DNA of 63,305 bases, counting the filler, from Octopus bimaculoides (taxonomy: Eukaryota), in NCBI RefSeq assembly GCF_001194135.2. It is 5 parts of 5 records of this genome, joined end to end, with 100 filler letters (N's around TTAATTAATTAA, not from the genome) between each part and the next. Parts side by side here need not be neighbours in the genome. Positions count along the whole stretch, not along the records: positions 35,987 to 47,484 come from NC_068981.1; positions 47,585 to 60,627 come from NC_068983.1; 3 more parts are not named here. One strand, written 5' to 3'. How positions within the stretch are numbered: position 1 is the first letter of the stretch; every line of letters starts with the position of its first letter. The notes beneath the pieces are model-generated. The model saw only the letters and a program-made list of their open reading frames with translations, was not told the origin of the DNA and ran no database searches. This document shows, one piece after another, positions 38,941 to 51,856 of the stretch. A program made the position numbers and the translations under genes.

Positions 38941-40939
38941 TATTTATTTACCAACATTTATTAGACTCTTCACGACGCACACATATATATTTGGGTTGAT
39001 ACGTGCATGCATGTATTTATACGGGTACGTACATGCACATATAAATATACATGAATACAGATATACATGTTTTGCTGTGTAATAAGACGTTTGCTTCCGA
39101 ACAATAAGGTTCCGGATAAAGTTCCACAGTGCGACACCTTGAGTAAGTGTCTTCTACTATGGGCCCAGACCGGTTAAAGCCTTATGAATAGATTTGGTAG
39201 ATGGAAACTGAAAGAAACCTGTCGTNNNNNNNNNNNNNNNNNNNNNNNNNNNNNNNNNNNNNNNNNNNNNNNNNNNNNNNNNNNNNNNNNNNNNNNNNNN
39301 NNNNNNNNNNNNNNNNNNNNNNNNNNNNNNNNNNNNNNNNNNNNNNNNNNNNNNNNNNNNNNNNNNNNNNNNNNNNNNNNNNNNNNNNNNNNNNNNNNNN
39401 NNNNNNNNNNNNNNNNNNNNNNNNNNNNNNNNNNNNNNNNNNNNNNNNNNNNNNNNNNNNNNNNNNNNNNNNNNNNNNNNNNNNNNNNNNNNNNNNNNNN
39501 NNNNNNNNNNNNNNNNNNNNNNNNNNNNNNNNNNNNNNNNNNNNNNNNNNNNNNNNNNNNNNNNNNNNNNNNNNNNNNNNNNNNNNNNNNNNNNNNNNNN
39601 NNNNNNNNNNNNNNNNNNNNNNNNNNNNNNNNNNNNNNNNNNNNNNNNNNNNNNNNNNNNNNNNNNNNNNNNNNNNNNNNNNNNNNNNNNNNNNNNNNNN
39701 NNNNNNNNNNNNNNNNNNNNNNNNNNNNNNNNNNNNNNNNNNNNNNNNNNNNNNNNNNNNNNNNNNNNNNNNNNNNNNNNNNNNNNNNNNNNNNNNNNNN
39801 NNNNNNNNNNNNNNNNNNNNNNNNNNNNNNNNNNNNNNNNNNNNNNNNNNNNNNNNNNNNNNNNNNNNNNNNNNNNNNNNNNNNNNNNNNNNNNNNNNNN
39901 NNNNNNNNNNNNNNNNNNNNNNNNNNNNNNNNNNNNNNNNNNNNNNNNNNNNNNNNNNNNNNNNNNNNNNNNNNNNNNNNNNNNNNNNNNNNNNNNNNNN
40001 NNNNNNNNNNNNNNNNNNNNNNNNNNNNNNNNNNNNNNNNNNNNNNNNNNNNNNNNNNNNNNNNNNNNNNNNNNNNNNNNNNNNNNNNNNNNNNNNNNNN
40101 NNNNNNNNNNNNNNNNNNNNNNNNNNNNNNNNNNNNNNNNNNNNNNNNNNNNNNNNNNNNNNNNNNNNNNNNNNNNNNNNNNNNNNNNNNNNNNNNNNNN
40201 NNNNGGACAAGAGCAACGTCTGATACCGTACGAAGACCGTCATATCCGTAAACTGTAAATGAAATGTTTTTTTTCAATGAAGCTTAAATAAAAAAATATC
40301 TTAAACTGGTTCGGCCGAAAAAAAACTTTATGATGGAAAAAGCAACCGCACATAAAATAAGTCTTTATATAAAGAAATTCTGTTTGATTACGAAATCGTC
40401 ATTGTAGCTTAAAAACACTGAGAATTTATCTACGTGTGTACCTACAGCTGTTTTTAAAAACTCCTGTGTTTAATTTTATTGTTATTAACTTTTATCAGTT
40501 CTTATCATTAACATTATTTTTTTTTTGTTATTATCTTCTCTATGCCAACTTTTTCTTATGTTTTGTGATCTTATATTTGTTGTTGTATTTTTGCTTTATA
40601 ATTAACCTTATCATTTATCATCATGCTCTCATTTTTAGTTTCATTATATGTTGTTTTTTTTTGCCAAATTATCATTAATTATTTTCTTGTTTATTAGATC
40701 TTTAAGCAAACAGTCTCAAACTGCTTATCCTTTTCCCTTCCATTTCTCTGTCACGTCATGCGCATTAATCTAATTACTTTTACTTTTCTATCGTGTGCAT
40801 AACTTAGACTTTGCAATCATTTTTAGACGAATCTGCTTTATTAGTCTTAACTTTGATAATTATAAAATTTTACTTGGAATTAATATTTTAGATATATATT
40901 TGTTGAATATTATTTATGATAAATTTATTAATAATTAGG

Positions 40940-41340
40940 TGCAGGAGTGGTTGTGTGGTAAAGTAGCTTGCTTACAAACCACATGGTTCCGGGTTCAGTC
41001 CCACTGCGTGACACCTTGGGCAAGTGTCTTCTACTATAGCCTCGGGCCGACCAAAGCCTTGTGAGTGGGTGTGATAGACGGAAAATGAAAGAAGCCCGTC
41101 ATATATATGTATATATGTGTGTGTGTGTGTGTGTTTGTGTGTCTGTGTTTGTCCCCAGCATCGCTCGACAACCGATGCTGGTGCGTTTACGCCCCTGTAA
41201 CTTAGCGGTTCGGCAAAAGAGACCGATAGAATAAGTACTAGGCTTACAAAGAATAAGTCCTGGTGTCGATTTCTTCGACTAAAGGCGGTGCTCCAGCATG
41301 GCCGCAGCCGCATGGCTGAAACGAGTAAAAGAGTAAAAGA
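40940..41340 (+). mobile_element. tRNA-derived SINE family A, full-length copy
   Basis: Head ggtgcaggagtggttgtgtggta, B-box ggttcagtccc, core accttgggcaagtgtctt, internal (TA/TG)n, tail gaaacgagtaaaagagtaaaagag. Many near-identical copies in the window. Confidence 0.85.
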
Positions 41341-41829
41341 GTATCAGGAAAATGCGGGGTTGAGTCAAAAGGGACAAGGTTCAGAGTTAACTGAACCTGG
41401 AAAAGTTCAGGACAAGAAGTTGATGTTTAAGATTATTGTAGTGGGCGTTGGAATTTTTAAAGAAATGTGAATTCGAAACATAAGCAGTTAGGGATATTTT
41501 ATTTGTTTCATTCATCAGACTGCAGCTCCGCTGGCGTACCACCTCGAATGCATTGACCCCAGTACCTTTTTTTCTTTTTAAAGCCTGGCATCAAATGTTT
41601 ATGAGACCACGAGGAGTCTCGAACTTGAAATTTTCTGACTCCCTATCCATTAGGCCTCACGGTCAGAATAAAGAAAGTTAAAATAGAAATGATTTAATAT
41701 CATCGTATTTTATAAGCAAGATTATTTGATTATCTCACAGTTCTCTACCAATATATAACTAATAACCAATGGACCATATTGTTTTTTTTTAAATAATGAT
41801 ATTTATATTTGTTCAGATTAAAATTTTAA

Positions 41830-42300
41830 TGCAATATTTTTAAGCGTCCAATTCATGTACTTCTATGACATGGCTACAACGCCACTACACACAAAGAAGA
41901 ATATCTCGGTGCATCTGACTTGGTGAAGCTAAAAGCCTGAGGCTTTACTCCTTAGAAAGTAGGTGCGAAAGACATTCGGTGACATATATGTAAATGGAAG
42001 ACCCTGGGAGGTCTAACTACCAACTTTGAAACTGAAAGCTGTACAAACCACAAAACTGAACGTTACTGCATAGCACCAAAGATCCCGTCCTTTCCATCTA
42101 GAGTAAGGCCCTCGTATATAACAGCTTATATTTCAAGGGTCAGCAACTATTCAACGTTCTGCTAAACAACCTCAGTGTTCTACGAGGTACAGATATAAAT
42201 ATTTTGAAAGAACATTTGGACAAACTTTTATCTGAGGTATCAGGTGAAGCCACATCGTAGAAGGGAAAATAAAGAGTAGCTCTATGCATCTCTCTATTTC
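41830..42300 (+). mobile_element. CR1/L2-like LINE 3' end relic
   Basis: Frame reads GQQLFNVLLNNLSVLRGTDINILKEHLDKLLSEVSGE, the typical GxxLFNxLP..FKxxLDxxL C-terminus. Confidence 0.65.
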
Positions 42301-42569
42301 ACATATTGAAAACATTCCAGGTGTTGGCAAGAGAGAAAGCAAGAAATCTCCCTCTAGCTTTCGGAAATTTTCTTAGTTTTCAATATCATTTTAAGTATTA
42401 CATATAACATTAACCATGTTTTTTTATTTTTTTACCGTTATTAATTGTTCAGCCCTGGTAGAATCTCTAGCAAGAATTCTAGGGAATTTTATTCTTTCTA
42501 TTGCTTCTTTTATTTTTCTGTTTGTTTTTTCTCGACGAGTATCTAAAATCGATCACACTATCGACTGTT

Positions 42570-42885
42570 ATTCCACCTTACACTCGTCGGTTACGACGAG
42601 TGTTTCAGTAGATTCCATCAACGCAACAGCCAGTTCATGAAATTAACGCGCAAGTGGTTGAGTATTCCATAGACACGCATACTCTTAACGAAGTTCTCTG
42701 GTAGATTCAGCGTGACACAGAATGTGACAAGGCTGGCCTTTTGAATTACAAGTGCAACTCATTTTTGTCAGCTGAATAGGCTGGAGAAACTTTAAATAGA
42801 GTGTCTTACTCAAGGATACAACGCGTCACCGGGAATTGAACTCATGACCTTAGTGTTCTGAGCCGTATAGGCTAACGACTGAGCA
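42570..42885 (-). mobile_element. Diverged SINE family C-related copy
   Basis: Shares gaaattaacg(t/c)gcaagtgg and attcagcgtgacacag..gtgacaaggctggc with 32750-32850. Confidence 0.65.
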
Positions 42886-45487
42886 ACATACATTCAGAGA
42901 GAAAAATTAATAGAGAGTCGAAAAATATATGACCACTCGGGCAGACATGACTGGCTTCGTTGGCGTAGAAAACGCCAGACTTCATATTGGTTTCTTATGA
43001 TTATCTCCCTTTTCATTTTTTTATTTTTTTACGGTATCGGGATGAAAGACCATATCATGATCTATGTAAGCCCATTGAAAATGGTGAAATGGTGATGCTG
43101 GTGCCGTTAGTGTTACTCTTAGACAATTACAAGTCAACGCGTGCGGGAAAGAAAAAAACAAAACAAAACTTGATTGGAAAGGGAATTCTTATGGCTTTAC
43201 GCTTTGGAAAGGTAATATTGGTTTGAGTGTTTAGTGTGTGTGTGTGTGTGGGGGGGGGGGGTTGAAGGTTCGGCACAACAAGGGCAATGAAGACAAGAAA
43301 GACAAGTGGATCAAGAATGATGAATAGAGATGGCTTAAACTCGGAATGCTGCTATGAACAGGGATCACAATAATAGCAACAAAAATAAAAAGTCAGTAAG
43401 CAGAGGGACAAAGAGAGGGAATGGGAGAGAGAGAGANNNNNNNNNNNNNNNNNNNNNNNNNNNNNNNNNNNNNNNNNNNNNNNNNNNNNNNNNNNNNNNN
43501 NNNNNNNNNNNNNNNNNNNNNNNNNNNNNNNNNNNNNNNNNNNNNNNNNNNNNNNNNNNNNNNNNNNNNNNNNNNNNNNNNNNNNNNNNNNNNNNNNNNN
43601 NNNNNNNNNNNNNNNNNNNNNNNNNNNNNNNNNNNNNNNNNNNNNNNNNNNNNNNNNNNNNNNNNNNNNNNNNNNNNNNNNNNNNNNNNNNNNNNNNNNN
43701 NNNNNNNNNNNNNNNNNNNNNNNNNNNNNNNNNNNNNNNNNNNNNNNNNNNNNNNNNNNNNNNNNNNNNNNNNNNNNNNNNNNNNNNNNNNNNNNNNNNN
43801 NNNNNNNNNNNNNNNNNNNNNNNNNNNNNNNNNNNNNNNNNNNNNNNNNNNNNNNNNNNNNNNNNNNNNNNNNNNNNNNNNNNNNNNNNNNNNNNNNNNN
43901 NNNNNNNNNNNNNNNNNNNNNNNNNNNNNNNNNNNNNNNNNNNNNNNNNNNNNNNNNNNNNNNNNNNNNNNNNNNNNNNNNNNNNNNNNNNNNNNNNNNN
44001 NNNNNNNNNNNNNNNNNNNNNNNNNNNNNNNNNNNNNNNNNNNNNNNNNNNNNNNNNNNNNNNNNNNNNNNNNNNNNNNNNNNNNNNNNNNNNNNNNNNN
44101 NNNNNNNNNNNNNNNNNNNNNNNNNNNNNNNNNNNNNNNNNNNNNNNNNNNNNNNNNNNNNNNNNNNNNNNNNNNNNNNNNNNNNNNNNNNNNNNNNTGT
44201 AAAGCTTGGCAACGAATATTTAAATTTGTGATATTAAATAATAGCAGACGCTTCGAAACTGCATTTTTGTCGATATAGAGGAATTTATAAAAAATTTCCA
44301 GGACGTCAAACCTATAAAGGCTCGTCAAAAGCAGTCTTGTACCGAATATTTAAATTTGTGAACTTGAAATATTCAATAACAAAAGGAAGTTCAGAAAGCA
44401 AATTTTCCTGAAAATGTCTGTTTATAAAAGAAATCTCACTTGCTTAAAAAATATTTCTTTCAGTAATTTATCGTAGTTGTAATATATTTCTAATTTAAAC
44501 AAACTTCAAGGTAACCCAATTACGTTTAGCGTGTTAGAAATAGCAGTGGTCACATAGTTATTATAGTAAGGCTTATGGCATTTCAAACAGCAATATCAAT
44601 AAAATTACTTCCTAACTTAAAAAAAAAAAATTATAGCACTTTATTAAAAAAATTTCATTTTATCAAAAAGATTCAATTAACAAACTCCGGAAACTGAGAA
44701 TATTCTTGAAATTGTGCCCCGTAACATAATCCTCAGAGTTATACGGCTATTTTGTCTAATAGCATTTATTCATTCAATGAATAATTTCTTTTACATTACG
44801 TATATAGAATAAATTGTGGGTTTTGCAAGTAGAGAATTAAAACTCGAAATGAAAATCTTGAAATGAATATATCATATATTAAATTATCATTAATGAAAAT
44901 AGAGGTCAGAGAGAATGAGAGACTGTTGCAAATGAATGATATTGTTTATTAAACATTAAATCTACTCCGCTGTAAATGCAACGAATATTTAAATTTGTGA
45001 AAAACTTGTAGTTCAAATATCCAATAAACTCCAGAAATCAAATTACAGGAAATTTCTTGGAACAGGAATTTATAAAAAAATTCCAGAAGGTCAAGCCTTT
45101 AATAATTGCTTTCTTTTAGTAATTGTTACATACCTAATTGATTAGCAGCTTTCTTCATTATAATATAGAAGATAAATGGCTGACTACAGATAATGGTCTA
45201 AGGGAGAAAATCCCTTGTGCTTAACACATAGTCCGAGCGATCAAAAAGTAGCTACGAGGTCTTTTCTCACTCAACTTTCAAAAGAGGTCATAGGCCACTG
45301 GCCATTAGGGTCTGAAGAAACGCTGTATAGCTAAACACTTTATGGACGTGAAACTCAGGGTAATCTCATAGACCGACTGTAGCTATCGACTGCTCTATAA
45401 CTTAGAGTGTGCCTCTCTTTCGGATTTATGATCTACTGACGATATATGTATATGAAATTTGTAGGACATTTATAAAGAGAAAGGTAG

Positions 45488-45534
45488 ACTTACAGCTGTT
45501 TCAGGGATATAAGGGATATCTCTCCTTCACAGAC
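45488..45534 (-). ncRNA. Degenerate hammerhead motif, inverted partner of 45841-45886
   Basis: Minus strand TCTGTGA-AGGAGAG..CCCT-GAAAC-AGCT-GTA-AG: GUA and the palindromic ACAGCTGT stem III are intact, but the core lacks A6. Confidence 0.5.
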
Positions 45535-45840
45535 GATATGAGAGAGTTAAATAGAAGGAAATAGTAAAGTTCAATATAAGACGTTATTGTGGAAAGGGAG
45601 AGATATAGGAAGTATAAAGGAAAAAACAAGAATACAAATAAACATATATGTTGGATGTTACTGTTTCAGTTCTATTATCAAAGGAAAGTGATTAGATAAT
45701 TGAACTGCAACGGTAACATCTAACATATAATTTCATTTTCATTCTCTTATTTCCACTTATACTTCCTATTTCGCTCACTTTCCAAAATAACTTCCAATAT
45801 TGAACTGTAATATTTCCCTCTATTTAACTTTCTCATATCG

Positions 45841-45886
45841 TCTCTGATGAAGGGTCATCCCTCATATCCCTGAAACAGCTGCAAGA
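45841..45886 (+). ncRNA. Minimal type-I hammerhead ribozyme motif (cleavage triplet mutated)
   Basis: TCT-CTGATGA-AGGG..CCCT-GAAAC-AGCT-GCA-AGA: stem I TCT/AGA, intact core, stem II AGGG/CCCT, near-palindromic stem III. GCA replaces GUH. Confidence 0.65.
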
Positions 45887-46097
45887 ATACCTCTCTCTTT
45901 ATAAATGTCCTAGAAATTTCACACTACCTTGGCTTTGTTGTCTCATTTTATTTAACATATATATGCTCACACACGACCCGCAATAGACTTCTTATTCATA
46001 CTATTATTGAACCGGGAGTCTAACTACGGTCCTTCCGTAGCACTTACATAGCCTTACTTGCTATTTTGGGTCTTCTGGATACCAAACACCTCTCTCT

Positions 46098-46163
<66 letters not shown>

Positions 46164-47169
46164 NNNNNNNNNNNNNNNNNNNNNNNNNNNNNNNNNNNNN
46201 NNNNNNNNNNNNNNNNNNNNNNNNNNNNNNNNNNNNNNNNNNNNNNNNNNNNNNNNNNNNNNNNNNNNNNNNNNNNNNNNNNNNNNNNNNNNNNNNNNNN
46301 NNNNNNNNNNNNNNNNNNNNNNNNNNNNNNNNNNNNNNNNNNNNNNNNNNNNNNNNNNNNNNNNNNNNNNNNNNNNNNNNNNNNNNNNNNNNNNNNNNNN
46401 AGACTCAATTTCTCCACAAAAAAACAACAAACAATAAAGAAAACTTTAGTAACCCCAGTTTCCGAAACCGCAACAACAAATCACTATACAAACACCTGTG
46501 CGGACGTGACCCACCTCTAGTCAATTGAAATTTTACAAACACCAGTAGCTGACGTCACCTAAATCCAGACCAATCAAAACCGAACTTCAGCAAATACAAC
46601 GAAATGACCCTTTATGAGAACCAACCAGCTGGAACGACTGATGACCGTTTCCACAGGGAAGCCAACCAAGCAGAACGACAAGCTTGACCACTAAAAAAAT
46701 CACCAGTATTTTAACGAATCAAAAATCAGATTCGCTCGCGGAAAACAATTATAAATACATCTGATCCCAAAACATACCACTAAAAGCGAAAGCGTCTACG
46801 GAAAGAGGATCAGAGAAAATGTAAACCAAATTCCTTATTTTACAATTTTCATTTCTCCTTTGTTTTTTCCTTCTTAACTCAGTATGACTTGTCGATCATC
46901 ACTGACATTAATGAACTTTGTACATTCAAACAAATTGATATACAGTTTTAACATTATTGACTGTTATGAACATTCAAACTTGCACCTGTCCTCCTATTTC
47001 ATAATGCTAAATTGATCTGTTTTGAACATGTTAATTTGTGAACATTAAAACATTTTAATTTGTCAACACTGAAAATTTTAAAGATGTTTTTCTAATTCAT
47101 AATTTTCAATTTTTACCATTTATAAACAAAAATATTGCTATTTAGGCAGTGTGTATGCATGCATGTATG

Positions 47170-47203
<34 letters not shown>

Positions 47204-47451
47204 TATGCATGCATGTATGTATGTATGTATGTATGTATGTATGTATGTATGTATGTATGTATGTACGTATGGGTCATTGAATAACTGCAAATGCCCTCTC
47301 TCCTTCTCTGCCTATTTATCTGTCAGTCTGTCTGTCTGTCTGTCTATCTTTATATATATGTTTGATCGATTGGTTGATTGATTGAGAGCTGAATGCATGT
47401 ATGTATACTGACATACATAGACACACGCGCATATACATATATATATATGTA

Positions 47452-47484
<33 letters not shown>

Positions 47485-49261
47485 NNNNNNNNNNNNNNNN
47501 NNNNNNNNNNNNNNNNNNNNNNNNNNNNTTAATTAATTAANNNNNNNNNNNNNNNNNNNNNNNNNNNNNNNNNNNNNNNNNNNNTATATATATATATATA
47601 TATATATATATGTGCATGTATGTGTTTGTATATATATATATTGTACACCTAGGCACTTTGTAGAATAAATGGTAGTATGATTGTATAGCAACTGACAGGT
47701 AAATGTTTCAAATCCAAACCCATCTTTTCCACCTGTGGATGGCACATTGGATGAAATAACTTGTAGATTTGATTGCATTTCATCCTTTCAAGGTAGTGTT
47801 GTTGATATAATCATGTACACATTAAAATATTCTGCTTCACCAAGGTGTGCATATGCATATATATCTATATCTATATATATATTTATATATATATATATAT
47901 ATATATACATACATATATATATTTATGCACATATATATATATATATATATACATACACACACATATGTCTAATGTATGTATGCATATGAATATAATATGT
48001 AAATATATTATCATCATCACCAATTTACATCACTCTCCTTGTGGGCATGGGCTGGATAGATCTGCTCACCTTGATGGATCAAGAAGACCTCGTCTCTCTC
48101 ACATCATTGCTGGATGCCCTTGTACACCACTTCAACCAGTGCTTTAGTACTCACTCAAGGGTGAATGTACACACTCTCTTTATAAGCTTTTGTATTCTCT
48201 CTGCCCCACCCAACTCTCTTTCTCTGGTTACTGTTAATAGTTACATTCCCTTACTGCACTTTTATCTGTATCCTGCTCTGTTCTATAACAAATGACCCTA
48301 TTTTCTGCAATATGAAACAGCCTGTTTGTAATAAATATGTATTCTTGTTGGTAATATATAGGCAATGATCTGACAGCGTTCTTAGATGTTTGGACAAAAT
48401 GCTTAGAGGAAACTCTCCCAACACTTTGGGTTCTGAGTTTAAAACCTGCCAATGTTCACTTTGCCTTTCATTCTTTCAGGGTCCCCTTTCCCTCAAAATT
48501 GCTAGCTTTCAACCCTGCAAAAGACCCGTATCCCATTCAGAGGGAATGTTGTGATCTTGGTAACTTACACACCATGGAAACCGGGTAGCTGGCCCCATGA
48601 ATCATAGGGCTGAAGAAATACAAAAAAAACAAAAAAAACAAAAGAACAAATCATTAACTATACATTCAGATTCAGGACAGTCATGTGTATATATAAAGTG
48701 AAGCAATATTGTGGACTTTGCCTACACCAGCATATGACTGGTACACAGTTTCCACACTGGTTGTACGAAATGAAAAATATAAACCAGAATGCCAAGAGAC
48801 AATAACTAATTTCTACAAGTCATGTTGAATTTTCTGTGGTTTGAGCCAATCCAAAGATTACATCTTTGGAGAAAGGGTACTGCCAGTGTTGTGTTGCTTG
48901 TAGTAGGTATGTTTGTTTCCATGGTTTTAGGGAGATATATGTAAATACATTTGTAACAGGACACACACGCATCAATAATATATATACATATATTATATAT
49001 ATAGATCTCATCTGCATCCTCTGGGTTCCAGCTCAAAGATCTGTACATATACATATGTATATATACATATATACACACGCATATACACATCCATACATCA
49101 AGTTTTGTGTATTGACATACACAAAATAAATTTATGTGTGTGTGGAATAAAGCATATTTCTTGTGTAGAATTAATTTTATTTCTAGCTATCTAAATATCT
49201 ACAACTATACGAAACTGTATTCGTATAAATCTGTACAATATACACATACACTCACAGATAT

Positions 49262-49370
49262 CATCATCATCATCATCATCGTTTAACGTCCGCTTTCCAT
49301 GCTAGCATGGGTTGGACGATTTGACTGAGGACTGGTGAAACCGGATGGCAACACCAGGCTCCAGTCTGAT
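49262..49370 (-). mobile_element. Short RTE-family 3' end
   Basis: catcatcatcatcgtttaacgtccgctttccatgctagcatgggttggacg is the reverse of the RTE terminus seen at 50760. Confidence 0.65.
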
Positions 49371-49611
49371 ATATATATATATAGGTACACACACACACAC
49401 ATATATATAAGCATATGTGAGCATAAATGTGTATGTGTATATGTGTGCATGAGATTTTATTTTTACATTTACATACACTTTCATAAATATATTGATATAT
49501 ATGCATGTATATACATACATACACACAAATATATATATCTATATATGTACAAATAAATACACATATATATTTATATGTATACACATATAAATGTACACAC
49601 ATATATACATG

Positions 49612-49671
<60 letters not shown>

Positions 49672-49777
49672 TGCTGTTTAAAAAACTGTTTTAAGATATT
49701 TCATGCAATGTATTTTTTTTTTCTATTTTCCATTGAAAGCGCATTGAGAAATTTTGGTTTATCAAAGAACTACAAAG

Positions 49778-49783
49778 TTTATT
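49778..49783 (-). promoter_or_regulatory. Candidate polyadenylation signal (AATAAA) of the CYP gene
   Basis: Plus-strand tttatt reads AATAAA on the minus strand, about 77 nt after the stop codon. The hexamer is common in AT-rich DNA. Confidence 0.4.
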
Positions 49784-49859
49784 TTTGAAATATCAGTTTT
49801 TTCCTTGTCTTCGTTTAATTTCTGTTTTTTTTTTCTCCTTCCAGGAAACTATTCCAATT

Positions 49860-49970
49860 TTACCGTTCAATGAATTGTATTGGAAAGTTTTTCCCAACAG
49901 TGAGAACAGTTCTTAGAAATGGTTCCACTTCAAAGCCATCTTCCACTTTAAGCCGGAAATTTTGACACAA
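49860..49970 (-). CDS. Cytochrome P450, terminal coding exon
   Basis: Acceptor ttttcttcatatatttccag, then phase-0 LCQNFRLKVEDGFEVEPFLRTVLTVGKNFPIQFIER-TAA, a typical P450 C-terminus in frame with the two upstream exons. Confidence 0.92.
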   Translation of the reverse strand: MCQNFRLKVEDGFEVEPFLRTVLTVGKNFPIQFIER

Positions 49971-50037
49971 CTGGAAATATATGAAGAAAATACAATTATA
50001 TCATTGTATCTGGCATCAAAATTGGTTTTTTTTTTAA

Positions 50038-50258
50038 CCCTTTAGCATTCAGATTACTCTATCAAAAGTAATGCTTGTTTATTTACATTGTTTTGAATAA
50101 ATCATGAACTATCTAAAAATTTCGAGATTTTTGATGACATGTTGGTTTACTTTTAGAATGACATTGTTAGATAGGTGTAAGATGCCAGATCTGGTCAGTT
50201 TAAATATAAAGCAGGTAGAATATTCAAGCTTGATATGGCTGGTTTGAATACTAAAGGG
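50038..50258. mobile_element. piggyBac-like MITE in the last CYP intron
   Basis: ttaa|ccctttagcattcaga ... tttgaatactaaaggg|ttat: CCC-starting TIRs, TTAA on the left and a mutated duplication on the right. Confidence 0.7.
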
Positions 50259-50419
50259 TTATGCATTTTAAGAAAGGGGACAATTGATTAAATCATATAA
50301 CATTCATTGACTGGTCGTTACTGGAAGAGAGGGCTAAGTCTCTCTTGGAATAATTTTGAATTCAGAATAGGTGCATATATATGGCTGTGGTTAAGAATTT
50401 CATATTGCGTGGTATCTTG

Positions 50420-50990
50420 GGCAACTATAGTTCCAGACAGAGACAAAAAACTGGTGGTACCCACTCGGCCACACCCACACGTGCATGTATGCTCGTGTGG
50501 GTGTGTTTGTATTGAGGTGCAGCGTAACTGGCTCCTTTGCCAGTGGCCCGTAAAAAGTACCATTCAAGCGTGGTCGTTGCCAGTGTACCTTACTGGCTCC
50601 CGTGTCGGTGGCACGTAAAAAGCACCCACTGCACTCTCGGAGTGGTTGGCGTTAGGAAAGGCATCTAGCTCTAGAAGCTTTGACAGATCAGATTGAGCCT
50701 GGTGCAGCCTTCTGGTTTGCCAGCCCTCAGTCAAACAGTTCAACTCATGCCAGCATGGAAAGCGGAGGTTAATCGATAACGACGATGATGATAATGATGA
50801 AGACAAGCATCACCGTCACACAAAAGGTATTCTTCACTCCTAATCTCCCATTGAAGCATGTCTGGCTTTGGAGAAATATTACCTTGCATGGAAACAGGTG
50901 AGGGTCAGTGACAGGAATGGCATCCGGCCTCCACGAATCTTGTAATGCAAGAAGGGAGAGTAACGTTAAATGATGACGACGATGATGAGA
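50420..50990. mobile_element. RTE-family 3' UTR copies with (gat)n tails in the CYP intron
   Basis: Ends gccagcatggaaagcggaggttaatcgataacgacgatgatgat, the same terminus as 34196 and 49262. A second piece ends aacgttaaatgatgacgacgatg. Confidence 0.6.
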
Positions 50991-51160
50991 GTAAAAAGAT
51001 GTAACTAAATCCATCAAGGCATCTTAAGCATCACTCAGTTTGGTCCTGCTAATTTAGTAGACGAGCAGAGATTTTGGTGTGCAGTTTCCTTTATAAGTCC
51101 AAGGATTAACGATAGCAAGTTTAAAGTAAAAGAGAAACAATGAATGATCTGTAGACTTAC

Positions 51161-51204
51161 ATGTGTTATTGCAAGGTAAAGCTCAAGTTCAGCAATTCGT
51201 CGAC
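51161..51204 (-). CDS. Cytochrome P450, penultimate 44-nt exon (GRRIAELELYLAITH)
   Basis: Acceptor tttctctttgatttcag, donor gtaagt. The phase-1 start completes the Gly codon left by the previous exon and gives the L-helix GRRIAELELYLAITH, ending in phase 0. Confidence 0.93.
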
Positions 51205-51856
51205 CTGAAATCAAAGAGAAACCATGTTTGATTTGTACATATCCATACATAAATACACACAGACACCTGAAAATAACTTTTCACCACTTCGTTCCTCGTC
51301 TCAGATGTTGAATCTCACAGAAATGACAAAGGACCGAGGGGATTGGTAATTTACTGTACATGAGAAGACCAGTCTAGCAAAGTAAAACCGAAGCCATAAA
51401 GGCATGTCCTTTAAGTCCATGCCTCTGCCCACCATCTGTCCCTGAAAAAAACCTCCCCCCGCAACCCATCTTCCTCCCCTTCCTCCACCCGACTTCACCT
51501 CATACTATATTTCTCTTCTTTTGCTCTCTCACAAACCCACCTTCATAATCTGTCCCTTTCGAATAGAGATTCAAAAGGGACAGGCACAACACATGCCCTT
51601 AACAACCCCACCCTCTACCTTCCTTACCCTCTAATCCATCATCATATATACATAAATACGCGCACACACACACACACATTAAACAGAAGTTTTAATCAAA
51701 CTTTGTTGCAAGTTTTATTCCCTTGAGAAACATTGTACTAAAACCTCTCTAAGATGTCGTCCCAGCATGCCATAGTCCAATGACTGAAACAAGTACAACA
51801 ACACCAGAAATTAACTATCTGTGATGCATTTAGGCACATTGAATGTTGATACTCAC

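Larger units (their letters stand above)
45453..45921. repeat. ~470-bp fold-back with ~228-bp imperfect arms, each carrying a hammerhead-ribozyme-like motif
   Basis: 45453-45680 is the approximate reverse complement of 45696-45921, e.g. gaaatttgtaggacatttataaagag / ctctttataaatgtcctagaaatttc and atatgttggatgttactgtttcagttctattatc / gataattgaactgcaacggtaacatctaacatat. Loop about 15 nt. Confidence 0.9.

Noticed and set aside
46630-46660. CTGATGA followed by a short stem
   Set aside because: GAAG instead of GAAA, and no stem III or GUH.
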